From Mytilus trossulus (taxonomy: Eukaryota), in NCBI RefSeq assembly GCF_036588685.1, contig NW_026963317.1:2666001-2730000 (forward strand): a stretch of DNA of 64,000 bases, given 5' to 3'. The notes beneath the pieces are model-generated. The model was not told where the DNA came from and searched no databases. It saw nothing but the letters and a program-made list of their open reading frames with translations. How positions within the stretch are numbered: position 1 is the stretch's first letter; the number at the start of each line of letters is the position of its first letter. Below, piece after piece: positions 38,101 to 50,100 of this stretch. A program made the translations under genes and the position numbers.

Positions 38101-41100
38101 TTCTACAAAAAAACAAGAAACAACGATGTTGACTGACGATAGGTGACAACAAAAGCTCACTTGGCCATTTGGAAAATTTGAGCTATAAAGTGCTTCTAAC
38201 ACACATTAGTCATTATTCATTAAGTGTTATTTCTATATTCTGCAGTCCAAAAAATCACATTTGTTTTATCGCTGGTATATTATATCTAAGTAGTGTTCTA
38301 CTTACCTTGGACCTTTACAGGTATTTTCTTAAGGTACATCTCTGTCCTTGAATTCTGTTTTGGTGATCCAATAATTATCAAATTATAATTTTCTATAAAA
38401 AGGGAAAAAATACATTATTTAGGTGTTCTCAAAATAACCTATTTACATTTAACAATTGCTATCTAAATTTTGTTCATTTAAATATTTGCTATAGATACTA
38501 ATATATACCGGTAAGCGATGGCTGTTCCATTATAAAAATATCAATAACATATCAGATGTCAGAAAGAAAAGGTCCGCTATGTAAACAGCAAGACCCTCCA
38601 TACATATCTGATCATTCTCAAGGTACTCATTCCTTATTACTACAGTTGGTGTATCAGATGTTTAAAAGAAAAAGTTGGCTATTTGAACAGCACCTCACCG
38701 TCCCCATATGTGTAAACATTTATCTATCTGATCATTCTCAAGGTACTCGTTCCTTATAACTATAATTGGTGTATCAGATGATAAAAAGAACAAGTTGGCT
38801 ATTGAACAGCACCTCACATACTCAATATGAAACATTTACCTATCTGATAATTCTCAAACTACTCGTTCCTCATTCTCAAGCTTGTCATCCTTTACAACTA
38901 CAGCTGGTGTGTCAGATGTCAGAAAGAACAGGTTGGCTATGTAAACAGCAACCCCACCCACACCTATTTGTGAAAACAGTTACCTTTCTGACCATTATCA
39001 AGCTCGTCATCCTTTACAACTTAAACTGGTATATAAGGTGTCTAAAAGAACAAGTTGGCTATTTGAACAGCACCCCACCGTCCCCTTATGTGTAAACATT
39101 TACCTATCTGATAATTACATTGAATGTAATGTCAGCCATGTAGTTGAGAGGAAAAATAAAGAACTGAAGAAGGCATTGGCCGAAAGGTCTTGAAAAATTG
39201 GTTTATTTAAACAATTATATATCTGATAATTCTCAAACTACTTGTTCCTCATTCTCAAGCTCGTCATCCTTTTTAACTACAGTTGGTATATCAGCTGTCA
39301 AAAAGAACAAGTTGGCTATTTGAACAGCACCTTACTGTCCCCTCTATTTGTGTAAACATTTACCTATCTGATCATTCTCAAGCTCATCATCCTTTATAAC
39401 TACAGCTGGTGTATCAGATGTCAGAAAGAACAGGTTGGCTATGTAAACAGCAAACTTCTGAATGTATACTGCTGCTTTAGGATCTTGTGTACCTTCAATA
39501 TTAAATTATATTGTATCATTTTGTATCAACAATCTTTGTATTTCTGTTTATTTTGATGAAAAGCTAAAAAAAAAAAGACAAAATACATGCATATATATTT
39601 TCAAGGTTACACAGACACACTTTCTTTGTCCATATTCCATAATGATGCACTAATAACGAAAATGCAGCATTCACTATAAATTCTTCGGTTTGGCCATGCA
39701 TGGGACTGAAGTCTTGATCACCTAATTCAAGGCAAGTACAATACTATGACATATTTTGTACCTAGGAAATGGTTGATGATATCTAGATATAATGTATTTT
39801 GGATTTAACGTGTCTACTGATGGGCTGAGGTTATTTTGTTATCAGCCCATAGACATAATTTAGTCATGTGACTGTGACCCTTCCTTAAATAATGTATATT
39901 TGAGTCATTAGGTTGCTCAATCATTTGTATAAACCCCTAAACTCTGTATTGATTCCCTTAAAGGAAGAAGCATCCTTTTTTTTAACACTTTATTTTTTAT
40001 ATATTTTTCTCAATAGTTAAGATATTAATTCACCCTTTCAGCACCAATAACTAACCTTTTCTGGTATCAATGTTATGATTTATAAAATAACAAGCCTCTG
40101 TAATCTTAGATCTAGTTTAAATATTATCAATTGACTGTCAAACTACTAATTTTCTAAAAAGCATACCAATAACAATATAGAATTTCTTTTCAGCTACTCT
40201 CCTAGCAGGACCATAAGATGAAGGTCCTCTTGAATCTCCCAAATCTTCTGTGCAGACTTCCCAAGCATCTATAATAAATTATAAACAGAAATATATCAAA
40301 AGCCAATACTTGATCATTTCAATCAATAATTACTTTGCGTCATAATATTATTTTGATAAATGCATGTCATCCAAGCAAATATACCACTTTTGAGTTATGT
40401 CCTTCAAAAATATGTGCCTTTGTGATGTCATTTACCAGATGGAGAGGGTTGTCTCATTCTTGCATGTTAATGTTCATCAAGTGTCTTCCTGATTGTCATT
40501 ATGCATTATAAACTAAAAATAATGTTTGTTTTGTAGGTACTTAATCATAATTCCCTAATGCCAGCAGTGCTGATTATCAATTATAAGAATTTAATTTGGC
40601 GAATAAATAGTGCAATATACATGAATCATCAAACTTTTTCAACACTCGCTCATCATGGGAAGTGATGATATTCCTGAATGCACCAATGATGTTCTCTAAA
40701 CACAAAATTTTTGATGCAAATGCAATAAACACAAAAGTGGTCATACCTGTATTTCTACAAAAGTAAACAGTAGAAGAAATTTTCAGTTTGTCTTCTAAAT
40801 TCTTCACTGAAGATCCATCCACCTATAAAGAATCAAAACTCCATTACAGTACAAATAATATTTTATATACTTCTGTAAATAGGTTTACTTTGAATATCTT
40901 GATCAATGCTTTGATATCATACTGCAAATAGACTAAACAAAAATGTGTCCCTAGTACACGAATGACCAGAAAACATAATGCCCATAAATGGGGAATAAAA
41001 ACATCCTAATTTTTCTACATAAAATACAACTGCTTGAGCAACATGAAAGGTGTGTAAACATGAATTGCTTCCACTTCCTGAGCAGATGAGGTCACCCTTG

Positions 41101-44100
41101 GCTTTTTGTATGGTTTGTGTTGCTCAGTCAAAAGTTGTCTGTGTAATTTTTTGCTATTACTGTTTTTATTAATTGTTTGTAGCCACTGTGTTATCTTTTT
41201 TTATGAAAATTAAACGAGCCAAATTAATTAATAAAGGTGCCACCTTAAAAAGTTAAGGACTAACAAAATAATATCCAAAATATTTTATTGAGGAAAACAG
41301 AACACTGCATATAAATGCACTCTTACTAGCAATTTGGAATAAAACTGTCAAAGCAGAAAAGGTAGTTGTAGTTTTAATGTGATTTATTTCATGGAAAAAT
41401 TTCTCCACCAAATTAAAATCCCTACTAAATTTTAACCTACAAAGAATATTACTTTCTCATACTGGAATCTATGAAAATTAATAATCATGAAATTAAATGT
41501 AGAAAAACTAGAGGCTCTTAAGAGCCTGTGTTGCTCACCTTGGTCTAAGTGCATTTTAAACAAAGAACACAGTTGGATTTATGACAAAATTTTGTTTTGG
41601 TTATGGTGATGTGTTTGTAGATCTTACTTTACTGAACATTCTTGCTGCTTACAATTTTCTCTATTAATTATAAAGTTGGCCCTTTAGTTACATAAGAAAA
41701 TGTGTTTTTTAAATTTACAAAAGTAAACCAAATTAATGAAAATTGTTAAAAGTTGACTATAAAGGGAAATAACTCCTTAAGGGGTCAACTGACCATTTTG
41801 GTCATGTTGACTCATTTGTTGCTCCTTCTTTGCTGAACATTATTGTTGTTAACAGTTTATCTCTATCTATAATAACATTCAAGATAATAACTAAAACAGC
41901 AAAATGTCCTTAAAATTACCAATTCAGGGGCAGCAACCAAACAACCAGTTGTCTTATTCATCTGAAAATATCAGGGCAGATAGATCTTGACTTGATAAAC
42001 AATTTTAAAGTTTTCAAATTTGCTCTAAATGCTTTGGTTTCAGAGATTTAAGCCAAAAACTGCATTTTACCTCTTTGTTTTATTTTTAGCCATGTAGCCA
42101 TCACAGTTGGTTTGCCAGGTCACTGGACACATTTTTTAAACTAGATACACCATTGATGACTGTGGCCATGTTTGGTTAAATTTGACCCAGTAGTTTTAGA
42201 GAAGAAGATTTTTATAAAGGTTACAAAATTTTACGAAAAATTGGTAAAAAATTACTATAAAGGACAATTACTCCTTAAGGGGTCAATTGACCATTTTGGT
42301 CATGTTGACTTATTTGTAGATCTTACTTTGCTGAACATTATTGTTGTTTACAGTTTATCTCTATCTATAATAATATTCAAGATAACTAAAAACTGAAAAA
42401 TTTCCTTAAAATTACTAATTCAGGGGCAGCAACCCAACAACTGGTGTCCGATTCATAATAGGTAAAATAGGTAAAATTCTGTTCAGAAGAGAAAGCTTAA
42501 AAATTAATTTTCCTTTATCTTTATCAATAACATAGAGGAAGAAATTCTAACTGCAGATTAGGTGCTAACATTGCAAAAGATTTAAATGAAAGACTATTAC
42601 TTCGTTTATACCTGTAATGATTTAAACTGGGGCAACCTCAAGTTATTCTTTTTATATGAAAATCTCAGTACATTGTTTGTATCAACTTTCATTGTATCTT
42701 CTTTCAAGGAACCCTGAAAAATAAATTCAAACTTGTTGTTATATTATTGCAGGTCACATTACCATATGTACACACAATCTTTAACAAAGGTCAAAGCATA
42801 AAATATAAAGAATCTAAATTACCAAATGCGAAGAATCTCATACCACTGGGTAATTCTCCAATTTATGACTCCAGACAAGGATTGTGATTTAAGAGATTTT
42901 ATTTTTTTCTCTCTTGGAAGTGCTTTGCTTAAACATTTTATATCCTAATTTTAAACATTTTTTAAATGCATGAAAAATGAGTAGAACATAGTGTTTCTGT
43001 AACTTCATCAATTAATAATTAAGTTTTCATGAATCAAAATGTTTTTATCTATGAGAGAACCATTGAAATCTAAAGCATTTTCACATTGTTTTTATTTATT
43101 ACATTGGGTGCAATGAATAATATTGATTTCCCAGTTAAATAAAACCGATAATTTCACATGTGAAATAAATGTGGTTATTTCACTCTCTGACGTCGTACAA
43201 CAATAGGCGTTGTCAAGACGTTGAAAACGCGGATCAAAACAAATTGTGAATGCGTAGAAAAAAGATATAGTTCCTTACATGTTTTACATTAATTTCTTTA
43301 AAAAAAGCCATTTGCCAATCTAATAAAAAGAATAACTAATTAAAGAATTCACATATCGAAAAATATTCAAAACCTGACCGAACAACACTGATAATTAACT
43401 CATGCCCTATGCACATTCATGAATTAATGTGTTGGTCGGTCACTCGTTGAATATTTTTCTCTATTTGATTTTTTCAATTAGTCATTCTATAATTATCAAG
43501 TGTTTTGTTCCTTAACTTATTCATCTTGAAAAAAATTATGGAATAAAAATACAAAAGTTTTTGTTTCCTATGTTTAAAAAAAATATTGTAATAATAAAAA
43601 TTCACTACACTGTTGGAAAATACCTTTATCTGACTGAGTCTGAAAGGTGTAACTTGCTGAATGATTTGAAATCCTTGCAGACCTTCTCCGAACGCTGGAT
43701 TCACACATGTGTAAGTAAAACTGCCATCTTGTTTCCTGTATTTATTATCACTGGCTTGTTTACAGTTATCGTCATGACAGTAACCTAACTTCTGTTCCAG
43801 AGCTTTAGCTGTGAAATCTCTGATGTACTTGTCATTTACTACTCCTCCATCATTTGTCTCTCTGAAAAGTAGAAATCAGCATTAATCTGATTATGTCATA
43901 CATTTAGTAGTGGGGGTACTTAAGAGTTTACAATAGGGAATAGTTTTTTTTCAACTAATCAAAACATGCATAGATTTATTTCAATTTTCAAAAATGACTA
44001 ATGGTCATTAGTTTTCAATTTTTAAAATGTTTAACATTTATTGCCATGCTTGGTTAAGGTCTTTTATAGTTACTATAGGGTATGTGTTATGTTCATTGTT

Positions 44101-47100
44101 GAAGTATCTGTGACCTAAAACTTATTGACCAGAAAATCAAAAGGGCTCTCCCATACCTAAACCTTCTATTTAACATGTTATTCCATAAATAAAAAAACCT
44201 CAAATTGTCAAAACAAATTTTTGAAATGATTTGTTGTAACTGATTCATACTTAACACCAATAACTAATATATCCTACTTAGTATCCCACCACCAATGCTC
44301 CTTTCCTTCTGGTTCTGTATAATTAACCATAGCCCCTATCTCCCTTAATAGTCGATACATCCTTCTAAGGTAGAATGGAGGTACTGTCTTGTCAGCAGCA
44401 CCTGTTCTGATCAACACAGGAACATGCTACAATATAATTGTAACATGACTTATAGATAACTAGGTTTCCTTATAAATCTTCTTTAATGATCAAAACCTTT
44501 TTCTAAGATGGTGGAAAAGACAATTTAATCAATCGTCAAGTTACCGCTTTCCATCATGGACAAAATTATATTACAGTCGATTCCACTTAATTGCTCATTA
44601 GTCATTTCGGATATAAGCATACTCCGCTTTATTGCATAATTTCGTCTGACAAATAGGCTATGCAAATAACCGGAATGTACTGTAAATTCTATTCAACCCA
44701 GGAGGTCAACAAAATGTAGATCTCTGTAGCCTAGATCTTGTGCATTGTCAGCATGGAATTTATAATTTGGTCACATCAGATCCTTATAGTGTTGGATTTG
44801 AATACATGTATTAAATAAGTAATATGGATATTTTAAGAAATGAAAATAATTTCCTGTAATTTTAAATGTACAATTATATTTGACAGAAGTCTGATTTTAG
44901 GAGTTAACTTAAAAGAACATTCTTCATAATAACTGATCAAATTTTAAAACTAATGCTCTTCTATTTAGGTAAATATTTATAAAATATTATTTTGTTAAGA
45001 TAACATTGGCCTTTCTGTTTGACAAGTCAAAATCAAACACCAATTGTGCATTGTGTGAAATTTTGGTAATAATCTTATAATTTTGCATTTGAAACCAATA
45101 TAATCTCTTTAACCCTTCCTCTTTACACCTATATTTTTATCATACTAACCTTCAAGTTAGAAACATGTCTATCAACATCATTTTCTGTGATAGAGGATTC
45201 CATGATAAACTTGACACCTGGGTCTACATGGCTTGCAGCTATGTCATGTCTGAAGACAAAAATACAAAATACTTCAATAATTATATATCATGAATCTGAC
45301 AAATAGCAAAATGTTTCATATATTTTAAATAATTCTATTGGGTGAAACATTATTCACATGACATGAATAATTCAGTTGTTTTTCATTCAATTGCAAGGAA
45401 GGACAAATAACCTTAAAAAAATCCACCAGTGGTGAATAACCCTATTAATAACCCTATTATTCACCGGCGAATAACCCTATGAGTTTGTTGATTTGCACTT
45501 AAGTTACCTCCCATGAAAATGATGTCACAGACGTATATAAACAAAATGGCAGCGTTCACGTTTCCTGACTGGAAGCCCATTGCGACCCATCTGCACCCTT
45601 AATGAAATAACCTTCTAGTGTTGACAATTTTGGATATTCACCTCTTCAACGGGCCATAATTAAATATTATATCCAGTGCATTTGTATGATTGAATAACCA
45701 TTTTAAACAAAAAATTAGCCCTCAAATTGTCAGCAAACTAGGTTTTCTGTTTATTAAAATTAACCAGATGCTCCGCAGGGCGTAGCTTTATACGACCGCA
45801 GAGGTTGAACCCTGAACGGTTGGGGCAAGTATGGACATAACATTCAAGCTGGATTCAGCTCTAAATTTGGATTGTGATTAAATAGTTGACACAGCATAGG
45901 TTTCTGACACAGAATGAATGTGTTCTAATGAACTTAAAATTTTTTGTTTTCTCTTAGAGCAATTCACTATGCTGTTGAATATTAATCCTCTCAAAAAAAT
46001 GTTTGAAGAAATTTTCATTTTATTTATAGAATTTCATTTCAAATGAGAAAATTGAACCCATTTTTTTTAATCACATCCCCCTTTCCCTTATTCCAAATTA
46101 ATCTCAATTAAATTTCTAATGGAGTTTGCAACAATAACTCATTTAAATACATCATAAAATATTAAGATGTAAAAAAAACTGCTTTTTATCACTGAATGGT
46201 AAAGATTATTTTAATTTATCAGTTGGTAGTAAAAAGTGAATATACATTGTATATAACAAAGATTTGAGTTGATTCTGGACAAAGAAAGATAACTCCAATT
46301 AAAAAAATATATTGCTATTTCACAATATTGTGCAATTAGATATTTCTTGCTTACTATTCTGGACAAAGAAAGATAACTCTTATTAAAAAAAAATATTGCT
46401 ATTTCACAATATTGTGGAATTAGATATTTCTTGCCATTGTGCAATACTGTGCAATTGAAAAGACTTGCTATTGCACAATACTTAATATAATATTTTAGAT
46501 CCTGATTTGGACCAACTTGAAAAACTGGGCCCATAATCAAAAATCTAAGTACATGTTTGGATTCAGCATATCAAACAACCCCAAGATTTCAATTTTTGTT
46601 AAAATCAAACTAAGTTTAATTTTGGACCCTTTGGACTTTAATGTAGACCAATTTGAAAACAGGACCAAAAATGAGGAATCTACATACACAGTTAGATTTG
46701 GCATATCAAAGAACCCCATTTATTCAATTTTTAATGAAATCAAACAAAGTTTAATTTTGGACCCCGATTTGGACCAACTTGAAAACTGGGCCAATAATCA
46801 AGAATCTAAATACATTTTTAGATTCAGCATATCAAAGAACCAAACCGATTAATTTTTTGTCAAAATCAAACTAAGTTTAATTTTGGACCCTTTGGACCTT
46901 AATGTAGACCAATTTGAAAATGGACCAAAAATTAAGAATCTACATACACAGTTAGATTCTGTATATCAAAGAACCCCAATTATTCAATGCTTGATGAAAT
47001 CAAACAAAGTTTAATTTTGGACCCTTTGGGCCCCTTTTTCCTAAACGGTTAGGACCAAAACTCCCAAAATCAATACATACCTTCCTTTTAAGGTCATAAA

Positions 47101-50100
47101 CCTTGTGTTTAAATTTCATAGATTTCTATTTACTTGTACTAAAGTTATGGTGCGAAAACCAAGAAAAATGCTTATTTGGGTCCCTTTTTGGCCCCTAATT
47201 CCTAAACTGTTGGGACCTAAACTCCCAAAATCTATACCAATCTTCCTTTTGTGGTCATAAACATTGTGTATAAATTTCATTGATTTCTATTAACTTAAAC
47301 TAAAGTTATTGTGCGAAAACCAAGAATAATGTTTATTTGGGCCCTTTTTTGGCCCCTTATTCCTAAACTATTGAAACCAAAACTCCCAAAATCAATCCCA
47401 ACCTTTCTTTTGTGGTCATAAACCTTTTGTCAAAATTTCATAGATTTCTATTAACTTAAACTAAAGTTATAGCGCGAAAACCAAGAAAATGCTCATTTGG
47501 GCCCTTTTTGGCCCCTAATTCCTAAAATGTTTGGACCAAAACTCCCAAAATCAATACCAACCTTCCTTTTGTGGTCATAAACCTTGTGTTAAAATTTCAT
47601 AGATTTCTATTCACTTTTACTAAAGTTAGAGTGCGAAAACTAAAAGTATTCGGACGACGACGACGACGACGACGACGCCAACGTGATAGCAATATACGAC
47701 GAAAAATTTTTCAAAATTTGCGGTCGTATAAAAACTTAAGGGGGCAGCTGCAACATATTATGATTGAAATTAATTTGTGTTATGTATGACATTTTCAGGC
47801 TAGTTTAACAATTTTCAATATCAAACTTGACCTCTATTTAATCACCAGTAATAATGTATGAATAAAATTTGAAAAGCATTGCTTTATAATGGTAAGTTAT
47901 TGCACTAAAACAACAGAAAGTGCCATTTTCCAGCCCATAAAGGACCAGTGGACATATATTTCCTGAACAGTAAGAGTGAAAAATGTCAATTTCAAACTTG
48001 ACCAATTCCAATTTTTATAAGTATCCACAAACTAAAACAAGAAAAGCAAGGATTAAAAGGTTAATAAGTTACTGCACAAAAATGTTGGCAGCCTTTTACA
48101 GTATGCCATTTCCCAACACTGGGAATTGAACCCAGCTGCAGAAACAGATATTTTAAGCTATAGAAATTACTTCCAAGTAGGGATTTAAATCATCCATAGA
48201 TATAATTACCTAAAGAACAGGTTACTATCCCCATATTCTTCTTTTTTTATCCAACCAGCAAGAGAGATGAGTGCTAATGCTCTGTCTGGATAATGTGTAG
48301 CTAAGTTAAGTGCACCATGACCTCCCATGGAATGACCTTAAAAATATAAATGTATAATTTCTGAACCTAAATGCACCAGCATACTTCATATCACATCTTC
48401 ATCAAAAATAATTTGTGTTAGGAACAAAAACTTTATCTTCACCATAATTCAAATCAGGTAAGTATTTAATGGATAACAGCAACTTTTGTACAATAATCAG
48501 TGCAATAACTATTACATAAAAGTCGTCATGAAAAAAATGCAAGAAATATTTTCACTGATTATTCATTCTTCCCCTATTAAGTGAAACATAATATCAGACA
48601 AGTGGCAAGTGAAATATATTTACAGTTACAAATGCGGAATTCAATTTACTTTTTCCTTTTTTTTCTTATTTACAATCCAGCAAGTAGGGTAGAATAAATA
48701 GGAAGGCAGAGCTTACTTATTCCTTATCCTTAAAAAATGATAAAATATCAAAATAAATGATTTAAGAAAACTTGTAGAAAAAATTTTAACAACAAAAAAT
48801 ACTGTAAACCAACTTATTTTCACGAGCAATTTATTTTCGCTATTTTTGCAAGTAAAAAACATTCGCGAATATAAATTGTCGGGAATATGTAAAACTTGAT
48901 TATTTCTTAGTTAAGTTCCTCAGGTAAATTTGAGAATCGCGAATTTTAATAGCCGCGAAATGAACTAAAAATGGCTAAACCCGAAATAAAGTATCCACGA
49001 AAATAAGTTGGTTTACAATAAACTGGTAATTACCTGCAAAAATAACTCTTTCTTGATCAGCTTTCATTGTTAACCAAGAATACTCCTCTGTGAGTTTGGA
49101 GAGCGTGTCTAAAGCCGTCATAGCGGTCAGTACTCCTGGACCTTCCCAATTATGAGCGCCATGCCTAAAAAGCAAAATATGAAATATTAATTGTTATTTT
49201 CCATAATTTTATTGGTATCATTAACATATACCTACAAAGTATGAAAATTGCAAGTCTTATATAAATTTTTAATTTATTGGCCATATTTTTTCCAAACACT
49301 GTAATATTTTAACACTTGCAAGAACTTAAAATATATTTAAAAAAGAACAATCAAAATAAAGTTAAGATCAATCAAAAAAGCACTCAATAATCATTTGAAT
49401 TGGTATAACAGTATACCATAGCACAAATTTAAAACAGTATTAAATTCATAACTAGAGTGATATAAAACATGATCCTGTGAAATACATAAATCTTCTAGAA
49501 CTAAGTATTCACAATAGATTTCCCAAAGTGCACTGCACAATTTTTAACATAAAATACATCTAAGATATTTAACTCTATAAAGCGCCTTTTTTCTGATTCA
49601 CTTCTAGATATCTTTCCTTTATAACATACCGTAGTTATCTTTCCAATTTTGTTTTTGTAAATATAATTATACCTTGTAGGAGCCAACAACCATGCACCGT
49701 TAACCCCATACACAAACTCTTTATCAACCATGTATTTATAGCTATCTGCCTGGTTCTGTGGTGGTACAGTTGTTCCATGTAGAGTCAACACAACAGGACA
49801 AGATTCTCCCATACAGTCACTCAGTGGATATATAGCGGCAGCATGCTGAACAGAACCATCGTGATCCAGGAACGTAAACAGAAAGGATTCTTTTAATTTT
49901 CTACACCTCAAATTCACTAGAAAATCTTTATTTCCTTCTGAAGTCATTAATTTTAGTTTTAATTGTATATTTTCACATGGCAATATCTCTGACGATTCGA
50001 AAACAATATTTATAGGTAAAATCTGACCTGGTGCTATATGAACTTGGTTCAACAGTTCAAAGTTCATATCATTGCCATCTGATTGGTCAACTAGTTTAAT

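Noticed and set aside
38556-39095. Plus-strand ORFs of 67 and 109 aa
   Set aside because: Antisense translations of the exon-derived repeat.
49501-49672. C-terminal ~57 aa of the 458-aa ORF
   Set aside because: Intron read-through; the donor at 49672 splices in phase to RHGAHNWEG.
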